A stretch of DNA of 64,000 nucleotides, taken from NCBI GenBank assembly GCA_048886685.1, contig JBHLKM010000006.1, forward strand, positions 96,001 to 160,000, in the 5' to 3' direction. The notes under the pieces are model-generated. The model was not told the DNA's origin. It did not search any database and saw only the letters and a list, made by a program, of their open reading frames with translations. The DNA is from Candidatus Hodarchaeota archaeon (lineage in GTDB: Archaea; Asgardarchaeota; Lokiarchaeia; Sigyniarchaeales; SOKP01). Shown in pieces: positions 1 to 9,403 of the stretch. Position numbers and translations under genes: made by a program. Every line of letters begins with the position of its first letter. Within the stretch, counting starts at the first letter, position 1.

Positions 1-216
1 GTTCCTGATCCTGATCGTCCAGGTTCAGAATTTGTTAAATTATATGTGCTTCTAAAAGAAGGATTTGAACCATCAGAGGAAACCAAAGCTGATATTTTGA
101 AGTTTGCTCAAGACAATCTAGCAAAATATAAAATACCTAGAATTATTGAAATACTAAAAGAATTACCCTTAACAACTATAGGTAAAGTTGATAAGAAAGT
201 TCTTAGAAAAATATAA
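1..216 (+). CDS. AMP-dependent acyl-CoA synthetase/ligase, C-terminal fragment (continues upstream of window)
   Basis: Frame +1 reads VPDPDRPGSEFVKLYV...LAKYKIPRIIE...LPLTTIGKVDKKVLRKI*, the AMP-binding C-terminal domain with catalytic Lys motif (GKVDK). Confidence 0.85.
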   Translation, partial: VPDPDRPGSEFVKLYVLLKEGFEPSEETKADILKFAQDNLAKYKIPRIIEILKELPLTTIGKVDKKVLRKI

Positions 217-241
217 TCAATTCTTTTTTTCTTTTTGTTTT

Positions 242-829
242 TTAATTCTGGAAATACTGTCTATAAATACTATAATAGCCATAAAGAGCTAAAAAAAAAT
301 GAACCAGAATACAGGGAATAATACCTACACGTAGAAAAATATAACCCGTATATAATCCAAGTAGGAATGGATATCCAAGATTTACTAAAAGAATAATTGA
401 ATTTTTATAGCGAAACCATATGTGAATGTGATATATAGAAAAAAATAAACTTGATAAAAAAATAACTATAACTGGTTCTAATTCTAACGTGTAATCTAAA
501 AATCCAATGGTATAATATCTAAAAATTAATTCTTCCGTTATGATAATTATTGGAAAGAAAAACCAAATGATTAATTTACTTCTACCATTGATTAAAGCAT
601 TAATTACATCATTCTTTCTCAAAAATTCAACAATTTTTCGATTATAGCCAAAAATTTCTACAATTTTACCAATAAATAATAGTATGAATAATCCAATTAT
701 GGTTATTAAAATTACAACCCAATTTAATTCTTTTATAGTAAAATATTCAAGATAAAGCCCAAAGATCATTGGAATGGTTAAAATAACAAATATCGTCGTG
801 ATAAAAATGTATTTTCTTACCTTAATCAA
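242..829 (-). CDS. CPBP/Abi (type II CAAX) intramembrane glutamic protease
   Basis: Hydrophobic; EELIFR, FSIYH and HFFL motifs. Confidence 0.8.
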   Translation of the reverse strand: MIKVRKYIFITTIFVILTIPMIFGLYLEYFTIKELNWVVILITIIGLFILLFIGKIVEIFGYNRKIVEFLRKNDVINALINGRSKLIIWFFFPIIIITEELIFRYYTIGFLDYTLELEPVIVIFLSSLFFSIYHIHIWFRYKNSIILLVNLGYPFLLGLYTGYIFLRVGIIPCILVHFFLALYGYYSIYRQYFQN

Positions 830-873
830 TTTTTCACAGCACTAATTATTTTTTTTATATAAAAAATTAGAAT

Positions 874-1158
874 TTAACCAGGATAATCGTTTTTTGATCC
901 CATCAATGTGGTTGTTTCTTCAATCCACAATGCTAAATCCTTATCAATCCTACAAAAAGTTACTATTTTATCTAAATCCCTCAGCTTACTAAATGTACAT
1001 TCAACCATTACATCCCATCCACCATATATAGGAGTAGCATAAGTTATTTTCCAATCTTCGTCTGGCTCAACTGATTTTAAACCAGTTAACTTATCAACCA
1101 CCTTCCATTCAGTACCAATTACTTTTAATCTTATTAATATATATCCTCTATAATACAT
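874..1158 (-). CDS. Small protein, Lrp/AsnC ligand-binding (RAM)-like fold
   Basis: 94 aa; GYILI...YGGWDVMVE...EETTTL pattern resembles RAM domains. Confidence 0.55.
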   Translation of the reverse strand: MYYRGYILIRLKVIGTEWKVVDKLTGLKSVEPDEDWKITYATPIYGGWDVMVECTFSKLRDLDKIVTFCRIDKDLALWIEETTTLMGSKNDYPG

Positions 1159-1288
1159 TGTAAATTTCCATTTTTCTAATATATCATTTAGTTAGCTTCT
1201 AGCGATATTTTCATATTGAGTAACTTTAAGTAGTTCATTATCTCTATTATAAATTGTTTTTAAAATTATTAGTTTAGGAATTAAGAAA

Positions 1289-2806
1289 ATGTCAAATATA
1301 TTTCAGAAGTTAGAAAATATCGTTTCAAAAAGGAACATTTCAAATAGTTTAATTGTTCGACATGCATATTCTAGAAATGTTGACCCTGTATTACAGGGTG
1401 TTCCAGATATTGTAATTAGACCTAAAGATGCTCAAGAAATTTCCGAAATTCTTAAGATCGCTAATGAACAGAATATTCCAGTTACCCCTCGCGGAGGTGG
1501 AGATTGTGAATTTGGAGGAAGTAAACCAATCGGGGACGGTGGAATAGTTCTTGATATAAAACGGATGAATAACATTATAAATTTAGATCAGGAAAATCTC
1601 ATAGTTACAGTAGAAGCAGGGATATCATGGGGAAAGTTAAATGAATATTTATGCCATTATGGGCTTTATACTGGTTGTATGGGACCTGGATCTGGAATGA
1701 CGGCTTCTGTCGGTGGTGGTATTTCGCATCATTCCGTTGGTGGTGGTGGATGTGCTAAATATGGAGCATGTACAAACCAGTTAGTATCACTAGAAGTAGT
1801 TTTGCCCACCGGGAAAATTATTGAGACCGGTTCTCAAGCAAATAAATTCTCAAAGTATCCTTTTAACCGATTCGGGAATGGACCTGATTTAGCAGGTCTG
1901 TTTTGTGGGGATAACGGAATTATGGGAATAAAAACTACAATTTCATTGCAAGTATTTCCAAAACCTCCTTTTGCGAATTACAAAACTTTTCAATTACCTC
2001 GAAAAGAAATGGAAGCCGCAACCCAAATCTTTACAGAAATAAGGAAAAAAGGCATTGATGTTTACGATGCTATGCATATTCTCAATTCTCTTATTATTCC
2101 TTACTCTCTATTGGAAATGTATCCACTGTGGGAAAGTTTAAAAAGCAAAAGAGGGATTTTTTTCTACACAGTTGAAGCAAATTCAGAAACAGAATTAGAT
2201 GAAAAAGTAAAACAATTAGATAATATAATATTAAATAAGAAATGTGAAGAGTTAGGTCCTGAAATCTCAGATGGAAATTATGCTAAATGGCATTATGCTG
2301 AACAAGGACATTGGCAATTATATCATAATTTATGGAGTCCCCTTCCTTCCCTAACTCCATTGACAGCTGAATGTTTTACTCCTATTAACTCTTACCCTAG
2401 GATTTTACAAGAAATTGAACAATGGGATTTGGAACACAATGAAGATATGCAAAAAATTACAGACATAACAGGTCAGCGACCAGGGTCAGGAAGTGGACCG
2501 ATTTTATTAATAGATGGATGTAATGTTGAATTAACATGTGGGTTAATTAGTTTCGGAAATTATTACGATGGTGAAATACATGAAGAATTTGAAGAAATTA
2601 ATCTGAGACTATGGAGAACTCTTTTAGAGACAATAATAAAACAAGGGGCACAATATTATATGATGGGCGATTTTAATTCACGCGTTATGGTTGAGATGGG
2701 TGCCTATCCCGTTGAATTCTATAATCTTATGAAGTCAATTAAAAAAATTCTTGATCCAAAGTGTATTTTAAGTCGAGGAAAATATAATCTCTGGGGAGGT
2801 GACTAA
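1289..2806 (+). CDS. FAD-binding oxidoreductase, GlcD/D-lactate dehydrogenase family
   Basis: PDIVIRP, PRGGG, EAGISW, GDNGIMGI and terminal LDPKCIL motifs. Confidence 0.88.
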   Translation: MSNIFQKLENIVSKRNISNSLIVRHAYSRNVDPVLQGVPDIVIRPKDAQEISEILKIANEQNIPVTPRGGGDCEFGGSKPIGDGGIVLDIKRMNNIINLDQENLIVTVEAGISWGKLNEYLCHYGLYTGCMGPGSGMTASVGGGISHHSVGGGGCAKYGACTNQLVSLEVVLPTGKIIETGSQANKFSKYPFNRFGNGPDLAGLFCGDNGIMGIKTTISLQVFPKPPFANYKTFQLPRKEMEAATQIFTEIRKKGIDVYDAMHILNSLIIPYSLLEMYPLWESLKSKRGIFFYTVEANSETELDEKVKQLDNIILNKKCEELGPEISDGNYAKWHYAEQGHWQLYHNLWSPLPSLTPLTAECFTPINSYPRILQEIEQWDLEHNEDMQKITDITGQRPGSGSGPILLIDGCNVELTCGLISFGNYYDGEIHEEFEEINLRLWRTLLETIIKQGAQYYMMGDFNSRVMVEMGAYPVEFYNLMKSIKKILDPKCILSRGKYNLWGGD

Positions 2807-4073
2807 TATTAACAAATTAGAAAATTTAAGGAAAGAATGGCAAGCCATATTCTCTTGTATAATTCTCTAGATCTACTAGAAAATGCAAAAGGGGTGTGGC
2901 GATTGTGGGTATGCTATTAGACCTGCTGTTGGACGATATTTAACATGTCCTATAAAGGAAGCTAAAGAGGAGGAAGGTTTTGAGATATATTTCTCACGTG
3001 GTAGAATGAACGTTCTTAAGAGCGTTTTAGAGGGGAAACTGCCATTAAGCAGAGAATTAGCAGAATTTGCATATCAATGCATGGAATGTGCTAATTGTAC
3101 TGAAGTATGTCATGAAACTCATAATGAGAATATTGTTCTTAACACTTCAAAATGGATTGACCATGTTAAAGTGTGGGAAGCCTTAAGGAAAGATTTGGTA
3201 GAAGCCGGATTCGCACCTTTAGATAAGCATAGAAATATAGTTAATTCTATGGTTAGTGATTCGATGAGAAATCCTTATGGTGAGGATAAAGAAGATAAAT
3301 TTAGTTGGGCAAATGAATTTCCAGAGATTCGGGAGAAAGGAGATCTTGCCTTTTTTGGAGGATGTACAATTCCACTAAGACAAAAAAATACTCTTAAGAG
3401 CATGATGAAAATTTTCAAAACCACTGGAATCAATTTTGCCATATCTAAGGATGAATGGTGCTGTGGATCCATAGGATTACGTATTGGTGATGAAATGGCT
3501 TTAACTGATATAATCAAACATAATGTTGAAGTTTTTAAGAATATAGGAGCAAAAGCATTATTTACAAGTTGTGCTGGATGCTATAGAACATTGAAAAAGG
3601 ATTATCCTGAATTCTTGGAGGAAGAGTTGCCATTTGAAGTAAAACACATAACAGAAATATTAATTGAGCTTCTTAATAGTAATCAAATTCCATTTAAACC
3701 AGAGGAGGGTAAGAAATTAAAAGTAACTTACCATGATCCTTGCCATCTGGGGCGTCATATGGATTTATATGAAATCCCAAGAGATGTTGTAGCGAAAATC
3801 CCTGGAATAGAATTAATAGAAATGAAAAGAAATCGAAAGCATGCTTGGTGTTGTGGAGCCGGAGGTGGTGTAAAAAGTCAATATCCTGAATTAGCTCTTG
3901 AAATCTCAAAGGAGAGAATTAAAGAAGCAATTGAAGCGGGAGCAAATATACTAACTACTAGCTGTCCTTTCTGTCTTGGTAATCTAAATGATGCGTATAA
4001 TGAAATGGGCGCAGAAATCCAAGAAAAAATAAAATTAGTTGACATTATTAACTTAATTGCATCAAAAATATAA
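2799..4073 (+). CDS. Fe-S oxidoreductase (GlcF/HdrD-like, CCG domains), interrupted by a 30-nt candidate intron; exons about 2799-2860 and 2891-4073, about 414 aa spliced
   Basis: Upstream in-frame segment (V/M)TNINKLENLRKEWQAIFSC overlaps the glcD-like stop; spliced product has CMGCGDC...CP, then CMECANCTEVC, WCCG, YHDPCHLGR, CCGAGGG. Start is GTG 2799 or ATT 2808 (after GGAGGTGA). Confidence 0.8.
2861..2890 (+). other. Candidate bulge-helix-bulge mRNA intron (30 nt)
   Basis: Central helix UUGU(2855-58)/GCAA(2885-88); 3-nt bulges AUA(2859-61) and AAG(2889-91); inner helix AUUCUCUAG/CUAGAAAAU (8 of 9 paired); outer helices CUC/GGG and GCCAUA/UGUGGC; contains two in-frame UAG. Confidence 0.8.
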
Positions 4074-4304
4074 AATTTTGATAAATATGAGTCCTGCGTA
4101 AAGAATTTTCCAACAATTAAATTAGTGAAAGGAAATTTTAAGGTTCATATGAAACAAAATTCTACTTGTTGGATAAAATAATCATTTAAGAAATTAGATT
4201 TACCGATTTGCCCAATTTTAAATATAATTACTTTTATTTGATAATAAAAAATCTCCTTATTTTTATCCTAAAATATCAATTGTATTGCAATGTGAGGTTA
4301 AAAT

Positions 4305-5210
4305 ATGACAACAAACAAAATTTCTTTAATTGGTAAACCAGCGGTTGGTAAAACTACTATTAAAAAAGTTATTTTTGAAGGAGAAGATCCAAATGATTTA
4401 ATTCTATTTCCACTTGAGGCAACGTTAAAAGTTCAGTACTCCATACATGATTTTATGGATTCTAAAGTTAGTCTAGTTGATGCACCTGGTCAATCATTGC
4501 AAGTAATTTTTGAAGATGAACAAAAACAATTAATGGTGTTTGGAGATACTAAGGCAATTATTTATATTTTGGACTATCCAACTTGGATATCAAACTCTCA
4601 AGATATTCTTGATGATGTCAGAAAACTTTATGAAATTAGCAAAAAAAATGATTTTGATGCCAAAATAATACTGTTTCTTCATAAAATTGATGTATTAATT
4701 AATAAAAAAATCGGTAGTATGCTAGCCTTAATAAGAAGACAGATAAATAACCAATTAAATCTGCCTGTGGAGATTCCAATTTATTTTACAAGTTTACATC
4801 CGAATTTAATATATACTACATATAATGCGATTTCTGAAACTTTGAGTAATTTTTCAGCAGAGGCTTCTAACTTAAAGAATATTGTCAAGAAAAAAATTAA
4901 GGGTTTATCTAAAACAAGTTGCTTTGTTTCTAATAAAGACGATAATTTAATTATTCAAGAAATGTCAAATGATTTTGATACTAGTATTCTGTATTATTTA
5001 TTTGAAAAGATTTATCATTTAAGCAAATCAACTGAATTTTCAACCACAAAAACCAGAATAATAAGTCCTGGTTCAAAAATTTTAAATATGGTAATAGAAG
5101 ATATAAGCAACTATAACTCTAATTTTAAATATCTGATTTTATTATCTGAAACCATAGAACAAGAAGATATGATGAAGATATTAGACGATTTAAAGAATGA
5201 ATTGAATTAA
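4305..5210 (+). CDS. Gtr1/RagA-like small GTPase with C-terminal roadblock-like region
   Basis: GKPAVGKTTIKKVIFE, LEAT, DAPGQ, Rag-type HKID (G4) and FTSL (G5). Confidence 0.8.
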   Translation: MTTNKISLIGKPAVGKTTIKKVIFEGEDPNDLILFPLEATLKVQYSIHDFMDSKVSLVDAPGQSLQVIFEDEQKQLMVFGDTKAIIYILDYPTWISNSQDILDDVRKLYEISKKNDFDAKIILFLHKIDVLINKKIGSMLALIRRQINNQLNLPVEIPIYFTSLHPNLIYTTYNAISETLSNFSAEASNLKNIVKKKIKGLSKTSCFVSNKDDNLIIQEMSNDFDTSILYYLFEKIYHLSKSTEFSTTKTRIISPGSKILNMVIEDISNYNSNFKYLILLSETIEQEDMMKILDDLKNELN

Positions 5211-5245
5211 TATTTTTAACTAAAATTAAGTGCAATATTTTCAAT

Positions 5246-6298
5246 ATGCTACGACAAGTCTTTATAGTTTTAAACGATAAAATTTGTTATCAGAGGAGTT
5301 ATGCTAAAGGTTTAGATATTTCACTTTTTACAAAGGTTTTTCAAAAAATCAAGAAAGTAGCCTTTTCGAAATTTGGAAGTGAAACAGGAATATATGAGTT
5401 TTTTGAGTATAAGCTTTCATATATAGTTGATGAAGATCTAAACTTTGTTTTACTTTTTGTATCAGGATTAGGTGATAACTTTGAAGATATCGAACCACAA
5501 CTAAAAAATTTCAAAAACGAATTTATTAATTTCTATGGTGATGACCTAAGTAATGAGAACTTTGAAATCGTAAGTGAAGTTTTAGATCCAATCGTTGATA
5601 ATATTCATAGAAATTTAAAACCGAAAATTTCAATTGTAGGATTTTCTGGAGTGGGCAAAACCACAACAACCAAATTGATAAAATCAGAAGAAATTCCTAT
5701 GCAGCATATCCCAACAATTACTGGTGAGGTTGCTACTATTAAGATAGGCAAACTCCACTTCTTTTTATGGGATTTCGCTGGACAAGACCAATTTGACTTT
5801 CTATGGGAGAAATTTATAAGAGGAAGTGATGCTGTTCTTTTGATGACCGATTCAACATTAGAAAATCTTGATAAGAGTAGATATTTCTTTGATTTGGTTA
5901 ATAAAATAGTTCCTTATGCACGTCTCGCTGTAATCGCAAATAAGCAAGACTTACCCGACGCAATGAAAGTTGAAGATATAGAGAGATTATTGGGAAATAA
6001 AACATACTCAATGGTAGCAATAGATCCAAATAATCGATCTAAAATGATACGGATCATTGCAGATCTGTTAGATATGGATGCAGGAGTATCTCCTTTATTA
6101 CAACCTATATTTGAAAGAGATATGTTAATGGATAAAGCACAAAAAGCATTAGAAGAAGGACGATTCGAGGAAGCTGTTTCTCTTTTTGAGAAGATCAGTA
6201 GTTTTTGTCTTGAATTAGGAGATGATTCTCTTGCTATTGACTTTCAAAATAAAAGCGACAAAATTAATAGTTTATTAAAATCTCTTACTAACCAATAA
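5246..6298 (+). CDS. Longin-like domain + Arf-like small GTPase + C-terminal helical repeat (paralog 1)
   Basis: GFSGVGKTT, IPTITGE, WDFAGQ, NKQDL; N-terminal ~125 aa resembles longin/sigma-adaptin fold. Confidence 0.8.
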   Translation: MLRQVFIVLNDKICYQRSYAKGLDISLFTKVFQKIKKVAFSKFGSETGIYEFFEYKLSYIVDEDLNFVLLFVSGLGDNFEDIEPQLKNFKNEFINFYGDDLSNENFEIVSEVLDPIVDNIHRNLKPKISIVGFSGVGKTTTTKLIKSEEIPMQHIPTITGEVATIKIGKLHFFLWDFAGQDQFDFLWEKFIRGSDAVLLMTDSTLENLDKSRYFFDLVNKIVPYARLAVIANKQDLPDAMKVEDIERLLGNKTYSMVAIDPNNRSKMIRIIADLLDMDAGVSPLLQPIFERDMLMDKAQKALEEGRFEEAVSLFEKISSFCLELGDDSLAIDFQNKSDKINSLLKSLTNQ

Positions 6299-6321
6299 AA
6301 TCTATTTTCAATATACCTTAA

Positions 6322-6433
6322 TTTACCACGTCCTTGTTATATTCTGCAAAAAACTAATACTTAAATTGGCTATAATTTAGCCAAGGAGGATATGAATAAG
6401 ATATTAGATGAAGTAAAGGATGATTTAAATTGA
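6322..6433. pseudogene. Duplication scar made of 3' remnants of the PAS/GAF gene (minus) and the Rag GTPase gene (plus)
   Basis: 6322-6362 matches 7553-7594 (encodes ..LQNITRTW*); 6386-6433 encodes EDMNKILDEVKDDLN* versus EDMMKILDDLKNELN* at the end of the 4305-5210 ORF. Confidence 0.85.
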
Positions 6434-6473
6434 TGAATTTATACGTAAATAATAGATTGATAAGATTCTTAAG

Positions 6474-7523
6474 ATGTTGCGCCAAATATTTATAATTTTA
6501 AATGATCAATTAATATATCAAAGGGATTATGCTAAAGGATTAGATAAATCACTTTTTACAAATGTATGTCAAATAGTTAAAAACACTGAGCATTCAAAGT
6601 TTGGAACAGAGCCAAGTATATACGAGTTTTTTAAGTATAAAGTCTCATATATTGTTGATGAGAATTCTGGTTTAATTATACTTTTTGTATCTGGATTAAT
6701 TGACGATCCTAAACGGATTAAACCCCAACTGATAAAATTTAAAGAAGAATTTTTAGAATACTATGGTGATAGCCTTAAAAACGAAGATTTTAAAATAATT
6801 AATGAAGTTTTAGACCCGATTGTTGATAAGATTCACAGTAACCTTAAACCTAAAATTTCTATCGTTGGGTTTTCTGGGGTCGGGAAAACTACTGCTACAA
6901 GATTAATAAAATCAGAGGAAATCCCAATGCAACACATCCCTACAATAACAGGTGAGGTTGCTACTATTAAGATAGGCAAACTCCACTTCTTTTTATGGGA
7001 TTTCGCTGGACAAGATGAGTTCGATTTTTTATGGGAAAAGTTCATAATGGGAAGTGATTCGGTGCTCTTAATGACCGATTCCACCTTGGAAAACCTAGAA
7101 AAAAGCAAATTTTTTATCGAATTAGTTTATAAAGCAGTTCCTAATGCTCGATTCGCAGTGATCGCTAACAAGCAAGATTTACCAGGCGCGATGAAAGTTG
7201 AGGACATAGAAAAATTAATGGGCAAAAAAACATATGGTTTTGTTGCAATAGATCCTGATAATCGTCCAAAAATGATACGTATTATAGCAGATTTATTAGA
7301 GATGGATGCAAACGTATCACCACTATTAAAACCCTTACTTGAAAGAGAAAATTTAATGGATAAAGCACAGAAGGCTTTAGAAAAGGGAAATTTTGAAGAA
7401 GCTGTTATACTTTTTGAAAAGATTAGTAATATATGTCTTGAATTAGGAGATGACTCACTCGCTATTGATTTCCAAAGCAAAAGTGAAAAAATAAGTACTA
7501 TGTTAAATTCCATTATTAGCTAA
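6474..7523 (+). CDS. Longin-like domain + Arf-like small GTPase (paralog 2)
   Basis: Colinear with and highly similar to 5246-6298; same G motifs. Confidence 0.8.
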   Translation: MLRQIFIILNDQLIYQRDYAKGLDKSLFTNVCQIVKNTEHSKFGTEPSIYEFFKYKVSYIVDENSGLIILFVSGLIDDPKRIKPQLIKFKEEFLEYYGDSLKNEDFKIINEVLDPIVDKIHSNLKPKISIVGFSGVGKTTATRLIKSEEIPMQHIPTITGEVATIKIGKLHFFLWDFAGQDEFDFLWEKFIMGSDSVLLMTDSTLENLEKSKFFIELVYKAVPNARFAVIANKQDLPGAMKVEDIEKLMGKKTYGFVAIDPDNRPKMIRIIADLLEMDANVSPLLKPLLERENLMDKAQKALEKGNFEEAVILFEKISNICLELGDDSLAIDFQSKSEKISTMLNSIIS

Positions 7524-7553
7524 TGAAACTCAATTAATTTTATAATAGCAATT

Positions 7554-9215
7554 TTACCAGGTCCTTGTTATATTTTGTAAAAATACTAATACTTCTTTAT
7601 CTCCAAGGGGGACTATATTTGATTGAAAGATTATTCGATTATTGTCTATTGGCAAAATGAATTTCATTTCTTTAGATTCATTGTCATTAAGAGCTTGTTT
7701 TATTTTTTCTTGCGCCTCTTCTGCAGTTTCGCGTGGTAGGAGCTTATTTATATTTTTTCCTATAAAATTTTCTGAACTAAATATTTGTTCTACTATTGCT
7801 TCAATTTTTTTATCTAATTTAATATCTAGCAATATACCTTGTTTTGAGATCTTAAAAATTGAGAATGGAATATGTTCAAAGAGAATATTATTCTGGATTT
7901 CACTTTGTCGCAATTCTTCTTTATTTTGCATTCTTTCTATTGCAGTGCCTAATTCCAATCCAATCGTGATAATTAATTCCATCTCTTCAGGCATTAGTGT
8001 TCTATTATCCTTAAAAATCATATGTAATGAGCCAATAATTTCAAACTTTGAGAATAAAGGAATTACTGCAGTAGAAGTAACCTCAATTCCTTCAAAAAAT
8101 CTTTTAATAACTTCCGGAAAATTGTCATTAATAAGTGCTACTCCTTTTGTAAACACAATATCATAAGGATCTCTGTAAATATCTAATTCACTATTTTCTA
8201 GAATAAAATAAGAAGGAAAACCTTTATGCACTTTAATTAATGCTATATTCTGAGACTTATCTATTAAATAAATACTACATCCTTTAAGATCAAATAAATC
8301 AATAAAACTATCTCGTATCTTCGTTAATAATCCTGATAGACTATTCGCTTGATTAGCAACACTTATAATTTTATTTAAAATTTCGGTCTTTTTAACCTGT
8401 TCCTTTAATTTATTTTCAATTAAATGTATATCCGTTATATCATGAAACAAATATTGAATAAAATATTGATCAGCTAGTTGTATTTCGTTTACGCTAATTT
8501 CCAAATACATTTGTGTACCTGTAGATTTTTTTATTCTTGAAATAATTGGAGGTGGTTGATCAATTAAATGTTTTACCATATTCGGATCAACCAAACCTTC
8601 ATCAAACAACTCAAGGTGTAATGCTTCAATACCAATAAGTTCTTCTCTTGCCATTTCTACTAATTTTTCACCCTCTAAATTTACATCCACTATTACTCCT
8701 GTTTCCCGATTTATTATAAAGATAGCATCCCTTGCTGCTTTAAATAGGGCTTGATATCGGTGTTCGGCCATTACTAAGGTCTTAATGGCAGGTTTAATTG
8801 ATTCAAAATAAGAATAAAAGAAATTTTTAATTTCGTGCAATTTATTAGGATCAGCCTTAAAATCTTTAGGCTCATGATCGAAGGCCTTATACGCATCATC
8901 AAGTTTTATGATATATTGAGCACATCCAGTTAAAAGTTCATTAGCAAGCATTAAAGTCAAATTTGTACTTGATTCAGTTATTAACGATAATAGAAAGCTC
9001 TCATAACCCCCTCTAGCAAAAGGACTGAGTAATTTAAAAAATAAATTTGCCGTTTTTAATTTACCAAATATATGAATAAATACTCCTTTTGTTGGAAGCT
9101 CCATTAATGAGGGAATTTTAATCACATTTTCATCCTCCAATGATTGAGGTGCTTTTAAAACAATTTTAGGTCCGTATAAAGGATCAAAACGACTTAAAAT
9201 TAATGCAGCTTCCAA
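7554..9215 (-). CDS. uDENN/longin-like N-terminus + PAS-GAF-PAS sensor with no kinase domain
   Basis: N-term LILSRFDPLYGPKIVLKAP; PAS (YQALFKAARDAIFII...DVN), GAF (AVIPLFSKFEIIGSL...LGTAIER), second PAS ending FLQNIT. Confidence 0.7.
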   Translation of the reverse strand: MEAALILSRFDPLYGPKIVLKAPQSLEDENVIKIPSLMELPTKGVFIHIFGKLKTANLFFKLLSPFARGGYESFLLSLITESSTNLTLMLANELLTGCAQYIIKLDDAYKAFDHEPKDFKADPNKLHEIKNFFYSYFESIKPAIKTLVMAEHRYQALFKAARDAIFIINRETGVIVDVNLEGEKLVEMAREELIGIEALHLELFDEGLVDPNMVKHLIDQPPPIISRIKKSTGTQMYLEISVNEIQLADQYFIQYLFHDITDIHLIENKLKEQVKKTEILNKIISVANQANSLSGLLTKIRDSFIDLFDLKGCSIYLIDKSQNIALIKVHKGFPSYFILENSELDIYRDPYDIVFTKGVALINDNFPEVIKRFFEGIEVTSTAVIPLFSKFEIIGSLHMIFKDNRTLMPEEMELIITIGLELGTAIERMQNKEELRQSEIQNNILFEHIPFSIFKISKQGILLDIKLDKKIEAIVEQIFSSENFIGKNINKLLPRETAEEAQEKIKQALNDNESKEMKFILPIDNNRIIFQSNIVPLGDKEVLVFLQNITRTW

Positions 9216-9403
9216 GATCTTTCACAACTTTTAAGTAAATAATCTCGAATTTTAAGTAAAAATTGGATTATTTAAATTTATTTTTAAGCAATTATTTTTA
9301 AATTATTCTAAAGCAGAAAATTATAGTTAATATTGAATCTGAGATCATTTCATAATTTAGGCAACAACTAAATCTTCTAATAAGATCAATTTTTTTCCTT
9401 ATT

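Noticed and set aside
2868-2879. The two UAGs read as pyrrolysine or readthrough
   Set aside because: Readthrough would leave 10 extra residues inside CxxCxxC; only excision restores the spacing.
4109-4173. 8-bp inverted repeat TCCAACAA/TTGTTGGA in an intergenic region
   Set aside because: Too short, in AT-rich DNA, with no recognisable RNA family.
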